Shown here piece after piece: positions 6,994 to 15,986 of a stretch of DNA of 32,000 bases. The notes below the pieces were generated by a model. That model saw only the letters and a list, made by a program, of their open reading frames with translations. It was not told the DNA's origin and searched no databases. Made by a program: the position numbers and the translations under genes. Source of the stretch: Xanthomonas campestris pv. campestris str. ATCC 33913 (GTDB lineage: Bacteria > Pseudomonadota > Gammaproteobacteria > Xanthomonadales > Xanthomonadaceae); contig NC_003902.1 in the NCBI RefSeq assembly GCF_000007145.1, positions 2,246,497 to 2,278,496 of the forward strand. The letters are read 5' to 3'. Positions within the stretch are counted from its first letter, which is position 1; each line of letters begins with the position of its first letter.

Positions 6994-8370
6994 TTAGTTC
7001 TCTGGTTCCACCAGCCGCTGCAGCGCGGACAGGCTGTCGGTCAGATCGGACGCCTTGTGCACGTCCTGGCCAAGGAAGTCGACAATTTCCGGCCAGCGCG
7101 CCAACGCTTCGTCGGTGGCCGGGTCGCTGCCGCGCTGGTAGGCGCCGATGGCGATCAGGTCGCGGTTGGCGGTGTAGGCCGACAGCAGGCGCTTGAGCTT
7201 GCGGATGCGCAGGCGCCAGGTGTCGTTGGCAATGTCCTGCACCACGCGGCTGACCGAGGATTCCAGGTCGATGGCCGGGTACAGGCCGCTGTCGGCAACC
7301 CGGCGCGAAAGCAGGATGTGGCCGTCCAGGATGGCGCGGGCGGCGTCGGCGATCGGGTCCTGCGGGTCGTCGCCTTCGGTCAGCACGGTGTAGAAGGCGG
7401 TGATCGAGCCGCGGCCCTTGGCGCCGTTGCCGGCACGTTCCACCAGCGCCGGCAATTTGGCGAACACCGACGGCGGGTAGCCGCGGGTGGTGGGCGGCTC
7501 GCCGACCGACAGGCCGATCTCGCGCTGGGCCTGCGCAAAACGGGTCAGCGAATCCATCAGCAGCAGTACGTTCAAGCCCTGATCGCGGAACCATTCCGCA
7601 ATCGCGGTGGCGCGGTAGGCGCCGTGCAGGCGGGCCAGCGGCGGGCGGTCGGCCGGGGCGGCCACGACCACGGCGCGGCGCAGGCCTTCCTCGCCCAGGG
7701 TGGTTTCGACGAAGTCGCGCACTTCGCGGCCACGTTCGCCGATCAGCCCCACCACGATGACGTCGGCGGAGGTGAAGCGGGTCATCATGCCGAGCAGCGT
7801 CGATTTACCGACGCCGGAGCCGGCGAACAGACCCACGCGCTGGCCGCGGCCGATGGGCAGCATCGCGTTGATGGCGCGCACGCCCACGTCCAGCGAGGTG
7901 GTGATGGGTTCGCGCGCCAGCGGGTTGATCGACACGCCGGCCATGCCCACGCTGCCTTCGGCGCGGATCGGGCCCTTGCCGTCCAGCGGGGTGCCGTCGC
8001 TGTCGATGACGCGGCCGAGCAGGCCTTCGCCCACTTCCACGCCGCCGCGGCGCCGCGAGGGCACCACGCGGGCGTTGGGCAGCAGGCCGTGCAGTTCGGC
8101 GCTGGGCATCAGATAGGTGCGTTCGCCGGAAAAACCGACCACTTCGGCGTCGACCCAGCCGCCATCGACTTCCACCTTGCAGGTGGCGCCCATCGGCGCT
8201 TCGCAGCCGGTGGCTTCCAGGGTCAGGCCCACCGCGCGGCGCAGGATGCCTTCGCGGATCAGGGTGCGGCCGGCGGCCGGGTCCAGGCCCAGCCCGCCCA
8301 GACGGGTGGCCAGGCGCAGATTGCGTGCATCCAGCCAATCGGCCGGGGTGGCTCCCAACAAGGCGCTCAC
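6994..8370 (-). CDS. fliI: Flagellum-specific ATPase FliI (458 aa)
   Basis: ORF 6994..8370(-) has a Walker A motif ([16 protein letters not shown]), a Walker B motif ([17 protein letters not shown]), and an F1/T3SS-ATPase-like sequence throughout. Confidence 0.97.
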   Translation of the reverse strand: MSALLGATPADWLDARNLRLATRLGGLGLDPAAGRTLIREGILRRAVGLTLEATGCEAPMGATCKVEVDGGWVDAEVVGFSGERTYLMPSAELHGLLPNARVVPSRRRGGVEVGEGLLGRVIDSDGTPLDGKGPIRAEGSVGMAGVSINPLAREPITTSLDVGVRAINAMLPIGRGQRVGLFAGSGVGKSTLLGMMTRFTSADVIVVGLIGERGREVRDFVETTLGEEGLRRAVVVAAPADRPPLARLHGAYRATAIAEWFRDQGLNVLLLMDSLTRFAQAQREIGLSVGEPPTTRGYPPSVFAKLPALVERAGNGAKGRGSITAFYTVLTEGDDPQDPIADAARAILDGHILLSRRVADSGLYPAIDLESSVSRVVQDIANDTWRLRIRKLKRLLSAYTANRDLIAIGAYQRGSDPATDEALARWPEIVDFLGQDVHKASDLTDSLSALQRLVEPEN

Positions 8371-8987
8371 AGGCCTGCTCCGGATTTACGCATGACGGTT
8401 TCCAATGCGGCCCGCAGGCGCGCGTCCAGGGTGCCGTCCACGCGGACGCTTTCGGCATGCACGCGCAGGTCGCCGCGGCTCAGGGTCAGGTCCGGGGCCA
8501 CCCGGGTGGTGCTGCTGGTGGCCAGGTGCGGCAGCAGGGCGGTGATGTCGTCCGGATGCAGGCGCACCTCGACCTCACGGCCGGCGCTGCCAACCGCATC
8601 GATGGCTTCCTGCACCAGGTCGGCCAGTAGCTGCGGCTCGGCCTGGTAGGCGCGCCCGACCAGCGAGCCGGCAATGCGCACGGCCAGCTCGCCGAGCGCG
8701 CCGACCACTTCGTTTTCCAGACGTGCCAGCGGGCGGGTGAAGTTGTCCAGGATGCCGTCGATCTGCGCGGTCAGGCGGCGCACTTCCGACTGGCCCTGGG
8801 CAAAACCCTCGGCATGGCCGCGGGCGAAGCCTTCCTGCTGGGCAGCGTCCTCGATGGCCTGGATCTCCTCCAGGGTCGGCGGGCGCAGCACCGGCTCGTA
8901 CACGGCCGGCTCGTCGAATTCGGCTTCCGGCAGTGCCGGCGCCATGTGCAGGTCGGGGGCGAGCCAGCGGGTGACCACGTCGTTCAT
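8367..8987 (-). CDS. fliH: Flagellar assembly protein FliH (206 aa)
   Basis: ORF 8367..8987(-) contains ...[29 protein letters not shown]..., the FliH-type repeat region. It lies between fliG and fliI, with 4-nt overlaps at both ends. Confidence 0.85.
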   Translation of the reverse strand: MNDVVTRWLAPDLHMAPALPEAEFDEPAVYEPVLRPPTLEEIQAIEDAAQQEGFARGHAEGFAQGQSEVRRLTAQIDGILDNFTRPLARLENEVVGALGELAVRIAGSLVGRAYQAEPQLLADLVQEAIDAVGSAGREVEVRLHPDDITALLPHLATSSTTRVAPDLTLSRGDLRVHAESVRVDGTLDARLRAALETVMRKSGAGL

Positions 8988-9994
8988 ACCATCGCCTCCG
9001 CACCGGCGCCGCCGAGGCTTATGGCACCTTCGTCAGCCAGGCGGCGGACGATGGTGAGGATTTCCTTCTGCGCCGCTTCCACGTCGGCCAGGCGTACCGG
9101 GCCGCGCGCTTCCATGTCTTCGAGCAGGATCTCGGCGGCGCGCTGGGACATGTTGCGGGTGATCTTTTCGCGCACCTTGACGTCGGCGCCGCGCAGGGCC
9201 AGGCCCAGGCGCTCGCCGGAGACTTCGCGCAGCAGCGTCTGCAGGCCGCGGTCGTCCAGGTCCACCAGGTTGTCGAACACGAACATCAGGTCCTGGATCT
9301 TGCTGGCCAGGTCGGCGTCGATCTTGCCGATCTCGCCCAGCACGCCCTGTTCGGGGCCGGTGTCCAGGAAGTTGAGGATGTTGGCAGCCACCTTGATGCC
9401 GCCCACGTTGGACGACTTCAGGTTCTGGTTGCCGGCAAACTGACGCTCCATGATGTCGTTGAGCTCGCTCAGCGCATTGGGCGGGATGCCGTCCAGGGTG
9501 GCGATGCGCAGCAGCACGTCGGCGCGGGTGCGCTCGGGCAGCAGCTTCAATGCTTCGGCGGCCTGGTCGCTATCCAGGTGTGCCATGACGATGGCGATGA
9601 TCTGCGGGTGTTCGTTACGCACCAGGTCGGCGACCGCGCGCGGGTCCATCCACTTCAGGGTGTCCAGGCCGGTGGTGTTGCGGCCCAGCAGGATGCGGTC
9701 GATCAGGCCGCCGGCCTTGTCGGCGCCCAGCGCCTGGATCAGCACGTTGCGGATGTAGTCGTCGGCGCCCACGCCCAGCGAGGTCTTGCCGGCCAGTTCG
9801 CCGTTGAAGTCGTCCATCACCTTTTCGACCTGGTCGCGCGAGATGCCGCTCATGGTGGCCATGGCGATGCCGATCTTCTGCACTTCCTTGGGGTCCATGT
9901 GCTTGAGCACCTCGGCCGCGTCGGTTTCCCCAAGCGACAGCAACAGCACCGCGGCACGCTGCACACCGGACATCGATTGTGTATCAGGCTTCAC
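8984..9994 (-). CDS. fliG: Flagellar motor switch protein FliG (336 aa)
   Basis: ORF 8984..9994(-) contains MSGVQRAAVLLLSLGETDAAEVLKHM..., ...IIAIVMAHLD... and ...MFVFDNLVDLDDRGLQTLLREV...LALRGA, conserved FliG motifs. Confidence 0.97.
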   Translation of the reverse strand: MKPDTQSMSGVQRAAVLLLSLGETDAAEVLKHMDPKEVQKIGIAMATMSGISRDQVEKVMDDFNGELAGKTSLGVGADDYIRNVLIQALGADKAGGLIDRILLGRNTTGLDTLKWMDPRAVADLVRNEHPQIIAIVMAHLDSDQAAEALKLLPERTRADVLLRIATLDGIPPNALSELNDIMERQFAGNQNLKSSNVGGIKVAANILNFLDTGPEQGVLGEIGKIDADLASKIQDLMFVFDNLVDLDDRGLQTLLREVSGERLGLALRGADVKVREKITRNMSQRAAEILLEDMEARGPVRLADVEAAQKEILTIVRRLADEGAISLGGAGAEAMV

Positions 9995-11705
9995 TGGCGA
10001 CCCATCCCTTCACGACTTGTGCAACACGTTTTGAATCGGCTTTGACGGCTTCACGGGCCAGGCGCACCCGTTCTTCGTACGCATCCGGCAGGGCGATCGG
10101 GAGCTTCTTGTCCTGGCCGATCTGCGCGGTGTCTTCTTCCAGGCGGGGCATCAGGTCGTCGTCTTCGTCGACCATCCGCACGTCGGCGCTTTGCGGGGTG
10201 CCGTCGTTGCCGCCTTTCTTGTGCTTTTCCTTGACCGCAGCGGTGCCGGTCAATTGACGCAGGGTGGGGCGCACCACGCCGAACAGCAGCGCCAGCACCA
10301 CCACCGCACCGACCAGCAGGCGCAGACCGTTCTGCACGCGCGGGTCTTCCCACCACTTCGGACCTTCCTCGCCCGCCACCGCTTCACGCACGAACGGGGC
10401 ATTCATCACCGACACCGTGTCGCCACGTGCCGCGTCGAACCCCACCGCCTGCTTGACCAGGCCTTCGATACGGGTGAGCTCGGCGGCGGTCAGCGGTTGC
10501 TCGACGATCTTGCCCTTGGCACCCGGGCGCGGGACGTTGTCCAGCAGCACCGCCACCGACACCCGCTTGATGCGGCCCGCCGGCTGACGGGTGTGTTGCA
10601 AGGTTCGGTCCAATTCGTAGTTACGGGTGGCGCTCTTGGAACTTTCGGTCGGCGCGGCCGGGGTGGCCGCCTGGCCAGCGGCCGGAGCGCCCGGTGCACC
10701 GGCAGTGGCGGCCGGGGCAGGCGGCTGGCCGGGGCTGTTGCTGGTGGCGCCCGGAGGACCCTGCGGGCCGGTGGCGCTGGTGCTGCTGTCGCTGACCTGC
10801 TCGCTGCGCAGCTTGGCCGGCTCGCCGTTGTAAAGCTCGCGGGCTTCTTCGACCACCGAAAAATCCATGTCCACGCTGACTTCCGGGTTGACCCGGCCGG
10901 CGCCGGTCATCGGCTCCAGCAGCTCGCGGATGCGCTGGTTGTAGGAGCTTTCCTGGCGGCGCACCTGCTCGAACTGGGCGGCGTGCTGGGCGGCGTCGCT
11001 GTTGGGGTCGGCAATGGAGAGCATGCGGCCGCTCTGGTCGACCACGGTGACGCGCTCGGGCGTCATGTCCGGGATGCTGGACGCCACCAGATTGACGATG
11101 GCATCAACCTGGTTACGCTCCAGGCCCTGGCCGCCGCGCAGCTCCAGCACCACCGAGGCGCTGGCCACGTCGCGCTGGCGGGTGAACGCGCTGGGCTTGG
11201 GAATGGCCAGATGCACGCGGGCCTCGCGCACCGGGCGCAAGGTACCGATGGTGCGCGAGAGTTCGGTTTCCAGCGCGTGCTGATAGCGGGCGTTTTCCAC
11301 GAACTGGCTGACGCCAAAGCCCGGATCCTTTTCCATCAGCTCAAAGCCACCGCCGGTCTGCTGACCGGTCAGGCCGGAGCCGGCCAATTTCAGGCGGGCG
11401 TCGTACAGGCGATCCTGCGGCACCGAGATGGCGCCGGTGGACTGGTCGATCTTGAACGGGATCTGCGCGGTGCGCAGCAGGTCGGCCGCTTCGGCGTTGC
11501 CTTTATCGTCCAGGCCGGTATACAGCGCCTGGTAGCCGGGCTTCTGCGACCAGAAGAACACCGCCAGCCCTGCAGCCACCGCCAGGGCGATCATCGCCAT
11601 CATGGTCAGCTTGCGGGTGATCTGCATGCTGCGGATGCGGTCGAACCACTGTCCCGCCTTTTCGGCGTTCTGGTTCATGGAATCTTTGGTGATCGCGAGG
11701 GCCAT
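9984..11705 (-). CDS. fliF: Flagellar MS-ring protein FliF (573 aa)
   Basis: ORF 9984..11705(-) has an N-terminal TM helix, then QALYTGLDDKGNAEAADLLRTAQIPFKIDQSTGAISVP (a YscJ/FliF fold), a Pro/Ala-rich insert, a C-terminal TM helix and an acidic tail. Confidence 0.97.
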   Translation of the reverse strand: MALAITKDSMNQNAEKAGQWFDRIRSMQITRKLTMMAMIALAVAAGLAVFFWSQKPGYQALYTGLDDKGNAEAADLLRTAQIPFKIDQSTGAISVPQDRLYDARLKLAGSGLTGQQTGGGFELMEKDPGFGVSQFVENARYQHALETELSRTIGTLRPVREARVHLAIPKPSAFTRQRDVASASVVLELRGGQGLERNQVDAIVNLVASSIPDMTPERVTVVDQSGRMLSIADPNSDAAQHAAQFEQVRRQESSYNQRIRELLEPMTGAGRVNPEVSVDMDFSVVEEARELYNGEPAKLRSEQVSDSSTSATGPQGPPGATSNSPGQPPAPAATAGAPGAPAAGQAATPAAPTESSKSATRNYELDRTLQHTRQPAGRIKRVSVAVLLDNVPRPGAKGKIVEQPLTAAELTRIEGLVKQAVGFDAARGDTVSVMNAPFVREAVAGEEGPKWWEDPRVQNGLRLLVGAVVVLALLFGVVRPTLRQLTGTAAVKEKHKKGGNDGTPQSADVRMVDEDDDLMPRLEEDTAQIGQDKKLPIALPDAYEERVRLAREAVKADSKRVAQVVKGWVASEA

Positions 11706-11718
11706 GTGTCGTCAACCT

Positions 11719-12090
11719 TTACAGCGGCATGTTCATGACGTCCTGATAAGCCTGGACGAGACGGTTGCGGACTTCCACGGTGGCGCGGAAGGCCACCTGG
11801 GACTGCTGGGAGGCGACCATCACCCGTGCCAGATCGGCACTGGGGTCACCCATTTCGAACGCCTTGGCCAGCGCGCCGGACTTCTGCTGGGCCTCGTTCA
11901 CGCCGCCGATGGCGCCGCGCAAGGTCTCGCTGAAGCTCGGTGCCTGCGTGGCCGGCGTGCCTTGCGCGCCAGCCAGTCCCTGGATCTGATTTCCGCGCGC
12001 AGCATCGGCCACCTGACCCATCGGGCCTTGGCCCATCTGTGTCTGGTAGCTGCGGATCTGCGAAAGAATTGAGGTAACGGAGTCGCTCAT
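11719..12090 (-). CDS. fliE: Flagellar hook-basal body complex protein FliE (123 aa from MSDS...)
   Basis: ORF 11719..12123(-) has the conserved C-terminus ...LARVMVASQQSQVAFRATVEVRNRLVQAYQDVMNMPL. I chose the ATG at 12088-12090. An in-frame ATG at 12112-12114 (MPPWLTAPMSDS...) coincides with the predicted sigma-54 +1 and cannot be excluded. Confidence 0.88.
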   Translation of the reverse strand: MSDSVTSILSQIRSYQTQMGQGPMGQVADAARGNQIQGLAGAQGTPATQAPSFSETLRGAIGGVNEAQQKSGALAKAFEMGDPSADLARVMVASQQSQVAFRATVEVRNRLVQAYQDVMNMPL

Positions 12091-12124
12091 GGGTGCGGTC
12101 AGCCAGGGAGGCATCCACACCAAT

Positions 12125-12138
12125 GCAAGCGGCGTGCC
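12125..12138 (-). promoter_or_regulatory. Sigma-54 promoter for fliEFGHIJK
   Basis: The minus strand reads ggtttcGGCACgccgcTTGCAttggtgtggATGcc. The GG-N10-GC spacing is correct, and the predicted +1 is about 12113. Confidence 0.7.
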
Positions 12139-12196
12139 GAAACCGCGGCGGGTTTCTGGCGCAGGGGCGGCGATGAGGGGGCTTGCGTGATCCGCT

Positions 12197-12230
12197 CAAG
12201 CGGTTGCAAGCGGTTGCAAGCGGTGGCAAT
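12197..12230. repeat. Tandem 10-bp repeat, caagcggttg x3 plus a partial copy; candidate upstream activator site for the fliE promoter
   Basis: The sequence reads caagcggttg|caagcggttg|caagcggtgg|caat. The period is 10 bp, about one helical turn, and the repeat sits 60-105 bp upstream of the sigma-54 promoter at 12125-12138. Confidence 0.8.
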
Positions 12231-12363
12231 CAGTAGCGCCGGAGAGACAGCTCGGATGGCCGTGGCCACCGCGCACGTCCGATTCAGACCTCAAGACCGG
12301 CAGGCGATGCGCCGGCCGGCCATGCAGATGCGGCCGGCGCCCGGCCGCCAGCTTCATGCCGAT

Positions 12364-15300
12364 TCAGTCGGGCAACCACTGCGTCAGCCAATGCGCAGCG
12401 TGGTCCTGGTCCAGCATCCAGTCGCGGTGTACTGCCGCACGCAGTGCATCGCCGGCGGCAGCGGCAGCGTCCAGATCGTGGGTATGCATGCGGATTGCCT
12501 CAACCCAGTCCCGGTAACGCGGGCGCACGCGGGTCACAGGGAGCGAACCCTGGTAGGGGCGCACGTCGCTGCATACCACCGGGAAGCCGCAGGCACCGTA
12601 CTCCAGCAGGCGCAGGTTGCTCTTGCACTGATTGAACAGGTTGTCTTCCAGCGGCGCCAGCGCCAGGTCAAGGTTCAGTCCGGCCAGCTTTGCGGGGTAG
12701 AGATCGATAGGCACGCCGGGGTGGAACTCGTGGACGTAAGGCTGCAGGCTTTCCGGGCACATGCCGAAGAACACCCACTCCACCTCTGTGGCCAGCGCCT
12801 TGATCACTTCCTCGATCATTTCCAGGTCACCCTGGTGGCCGCCGCCGCCGCCCCAGCCAACGCGCGGGCGCTTGCCCTGGCGGCGCTGGCCTTGCCGGTC
12901 CCGCCACCACGGTAGCGGCAGGCGGTTCTCCACGACCCGGGTGTCGCGGTGCAGGCCGTGCAATGCCTCCGCCAGCGCCGGTGTCGAGACGACGAAGCGG
13001 TCCACCATCGCCAACGATCTGCGCATGCTGCGCATGATGTCGTTGGGAATGGCATCACGATGCAGGCTCTTGCGCGGCACGTTGGGCAGGTAGTCGTCCA
13101 GTTCCGCCACCTTGAAGCAGTTGCTGAAGCGGGTGCCACGTTGCTGCGGCTCCAGGTTGTAATCAAACATCTGCCGTTGCAGCACCAATGTCTCGGGCTG
13201 GAGGCGCTGCATCTCCACGGGCGACAGGTAGCGCAGCGACCAGATCGCGTCGGCCAGTCCGGCCGCCTGCATGGCGTGCACGGGCTGGATGATGCGGTAG
13301 TTGCCGCAGCCAGTCTGGTCTGCAGTCATCGCCAGCACGGTGGGTAGCGGACGCCAACGCAACGGGCGCCAGGTCAGACTGTTGTTATCTTCCACCTGGA
13401 AGGCGTCGCCATTCAGGTTCAGATTGCGGTTGTATGCCGGGTCGTTTGCGATCCAGGGGAGCCATTTGCGGTACATGGCCTCTTGTTCGGCCTCGAAGCG
13501 CTGCACCTTGGCCAGCTGCGGGGCGGTATCCACCTGTGTCTGGCTGACGCTGCCCTCATGCAGCAGCACAGCATGTGGTGTCCAGACCACCAGATAACCG
13601 GCCTGACGGATCTTCAGGCACAGATCCACATCGTTGTAGGAAACCTTGAAAACATCCTCGTCCAGGCCACCGACTTCGGCGTAGAGGCTGGCGCGTACCA
13701 TCATGCATGCACCTGTGACCGCACTGTAGTTCTGATCCACCTGCAGCCGGTACATGTAACCGGGTGCATCCAGCGCCTGGCCGTTGAAGGGATGCTCGGC
13801 GGGTCCACGCAAGCCCAGCACCACGCCGGCGTGCTGGACGGTGCCGTTGGGATACAGCAGCTTTGCGCCAACCACGCCCACCTCCGGCCGTTGCGCGTGG
13901 TTGAGCAGCGCATCCAGCCAGTTCTCCTGCAGGATCGCGGTGTCGTTGTTCAGCAGGACCAGATACTCGCCCCTGGCATGCTGCGCCGCCAGGTTGTTCA
14001 TGGCTGCATAGTTGAACGGATGCGGGTAGCGCAGCACGCGCAATTGCGGGCTGTCCATTGCTTCGATGCCATCCAGCCACTGACATGCGTCGGCGTCGGT
14101 GCTGCCGTTGTCGACGATCAGTAGCTCGTAGTTGGAATAGGCGGTCTTTTCGAGCAGCGTCTCCACGCAGCGCTGCAGCATGCCGAGCTGGTTCTTGGTG
14201 GGGACGATGATCGACACCCCCGGCGTGTGCGCATGCCCGTACTCGATGCGATAGCAGCCGGGCAGGTGGCTGTGGATCTTTGCCTGTGCGTAGCTGCGGT
14301 GGTGCAGGTGACGCAGCAAGGCCTGCTGCTCGGACGGGTGCGACCAGACGCGCGAAGTGGGACTCACCAGCAGCGGTTCGTGGACGTGGCCCAGACCGTC
14401 AAGGCCACCGGCGTCGATCAGGCGCAGCAGCAGATCCAGTTCCGCCGCGTCGGTCAACGCCGGGTCCAGTCCGCCGGCTGCAACGAAGATCTCGCGCCTG
14501 TAGAGCCAGTTACGGACCATGCTGGCCGGCATCGACAGCAGCAGATCCAGGTTGAAGTCCGGACGCAGCAGCGCCGACAGTTCGCCGTCTTCGGCACGGA
14601 TCATTTCATCGGCATAGACCGCGCGCAGGCTGTCGTCGCCGAGCAGATCCAGCGCGACGGTGAGCAGGCCCGAGGCGGTGAAGGTGGCGCCAGCCTTGAC
14701 CGGCAGTAGCCAGTCGGCTGACTCGGTGGCGGACAGCGCATTGATTGCCTCGAGTTGCGCCAGTGAGCCCTCGTGGCGGTGCAGCTGGATCGAGAACGGC
14801 GCTGTTTGCGGCGTGACCACGGCCAGTGGGCTTAGGATACGCAGCTGTATCCGAGAATACTGGCAGGCCTGCGCGATCAGGCTCTGGACGGTGGCGTCGA
14901 TCGCCTCTGCGTCGCCATGACGATCCAGCAACACGATGCAGATCAGGGGGCCGCCGCCGGCGGCCTGAAAGCGCGCCTCGATCAGCCGGTGCTGGGCGTT
15001 GTCGGGCACGCGCTGATCCAGCCAATTGCGCAGGATCTCGCCACTGCTCGGCAGAACCGGCGGCAGACCGCGAAGCATGCGATCCACGCGCACGCCCAGA
15101 TCCAGCGCAACGAAGGGCTGCGCGCCCTCCAGCGTCCTGACCCCGACCTGGTGGTTGTCCACGGCGCGCTGCCAGCCCAGTTCGCCAATAGCTGTGCGGA
15201 ACGCGGTGAAACCGGCACGGCCGATGTCGGGCTTCAGACGCGCGGCATTGCTGACCTGTCCGGCGGAAATGCGGAAGCACGACAATGGACTTTGCAACAT

Positions 15301-15963
15301 GGCCAGGTGGCCCTTGCGCAGCAAATTGACGTACATGGTGAGGTCGCCCAGCCACTGGATACGCCGCCCCTGCAGCGAGAACGGCGCATCGGCATGGGGG
15401 CGCATCTGCGCGGTGCGGAACATCACCGTGCTGGGTTCGCCGATAAAGTTCAAGGTGCGCTCTGCCAGAAAGGAGACCAGCTCCTGGCCGTGCACACAGA
15501 CATCGCCCTCGAACGGAATTGCGTTTGCGCCCGATTCCGGCAGCAGAGCGCCGCGCTCATCAATCAGTTGGCGGCGCGATGAGACCAGTGCTACTTCCGG
15601 GTGCCGGTCGAGCACGTCGGCCATTGCGGTTAGGCAACCGGGCAGCAGCACGTCGTCATCGCAGAGGAATTTGAGGTAGGTGCCACGTGCCTGTGCGATG
15701 CATCGGCCGAAGTTGCCCACTTCCAGCAGCGGCTGCGGGTTGCGCAGATAGCGAATCTGCGCACCGTGTTCCGAGTCCAGGAAATTTTTCACGACCTCGG
15801 CGACGGCATCGGTCGGACAGTCATCGCAGATCAGCAGTTCCAGGTCGTGCATGTCCTGCGCGAGCACGCTGTCCAGGGCGGTTTTCAGGAAAGTCGCTCT
15901 GTATGCGGGAACCGCCACGGTGACCCGCGGCGCAGTGGCGGTGGCAGCAAATGAAGTGGGCAT
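12364..15963 (-). CDS. Large multi-domain glycosyltransferase (~1199 aa): GT2, GT2-like, GT2 and a C-terminal GT-B-like domain; probable flagellin glycosyltransferase
   Basis: This lies inside ORF 12364..16143(-), and I chose the ATG at 15961-15963 (MPTSFAATATAPRVTVAVPAYRATFLKTALDSVLAQ...LLICDDCPTD = GT2 module 1). The middle module has ...LICIVLLDRHGDAEAIDATVQSL...AVYADEMIRAEDGELSALLRPDFNLDLLLSMP...AAELDLLLRL. Module 3 has VSIIVPTKNQLGMLQRCVETLLEKTAYSNYELLIVDNGSTD...YLVLLNNDT...VSYNDVDLCLKIRQAGY. The C-terminus has ...RVGWGGGGGHQGDLEMI...NLRLLEYGACGFPVV, which looks GT-B/GT1-like. Confidence 0.85.
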   Translation of the reverse strand: MPTSFAATATAPRVTVAVPAYRATFLKTALDSVLAQDMHDLELLICDDCPTDAVAEVVKNFLDSEHGAQIRYLRNPQPLLEVGNFGRCIAQARGTYLKFLCDDDVLLPGCLTAMADVLDRHPEVALVSSRRQLIDERGALLPESGANAIPFEGDVCVHGQELVSFLAERTLNFIGEPSTVMFRTAQMRPHADAPFSLQGRRIQWLGDLTMYVNLLRKGHLAMLQSPLSCFRISAGQVSNAARLKPDIGRAGFTAFRTAIGELGWQRAVDNHQVGVRTLEGAQPFVALDLGVRVDRMLRGLPPVLPSSGEILRNWLDQRVPDNAQHRLIEARFQAAGGGPLICIVLLDRHGDAEAIDATVQSLIAQACQYSRIQLRILSPLAVVTPQTAPFSIQLHRHEGSLAQLEAINALSATESADWLLPVKAGATFTASGLLTVALDLLGDDSLRAVYADEMIRAEDGELSALLRPDFNLDLLLSMPASMVRNWLYRREIFVAAGGLDPALTDAAELDLLLRLIDAGGLDGLGHVHEPLLVSPTSRVWSHPSEQQALLRHLHHRSYAQAKIHSHLPGCYRIEYGHAHTPGVSIIVPTKNQLGMLQRCVETLLEKTAYSNYELLIVDNGSTDADACQWLDGIEAMDSPQLRVLRYPHPFNYAAMNNLAAQHARGEYLVLLNNDTAILQENWLDALLNHAQRPEVGVVGAKLLYPNGTVQHAGVVLGLRGPAEHPFNGQALDAPGYMYRLQVDQNYSAVTGACMMVRASLYAEVGGLDEDVFKVSYNDVDLCLKIRQAGYLVVWTPHAVLLHEGSVSQTQVDTAPQLAKVQRFEAEQEAMYRKWLPWIANDPAYNRNLNLNGDAFQVEDNNSLTWRPLRWRPLPTVLAMTADQTGCGNYRIIQPVHAMQAAGLADAIWSLRYLSPVEMQRLQPETLVLQRQMFDYNLEPQQRGTRFSNCFKVAELDDYLPNVPRKSLHRDAIPNDIMRSMRRSLAMVDRFVVSTPALAEALHGLHRDTRVVENRLPLPWWRDRQGQRRQGKRPRVGWGGGGGHQGDLEMIEEVIKALATEVEWVFFGMCPESLQPYVHEFHPGVPIDLYPAKLAGLNLDLALAPLEDNLFNQCKSNLRLLEYGACGFPVVCSDVRPYQGSLPVTRVRPRYRDWVEAIRMHTHDLDAAAAAGDALRAAVHRDWMLDQDHAAHWLTQWLPD

Positions 15964-15986
15964 CGGGATCGTCAAAGGTCGGGCGC

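Noticed and set aside
12197-12230. Whether the tandem 10-bp repeat, or the repeats at 955-1069, form a CRISPR array.
   Set aside because: The unit length (10 bp) and the absence of unique spacers are incompatible with CRISPR. The 21-bp direct repeats occur only twice, and no cas genes are present.
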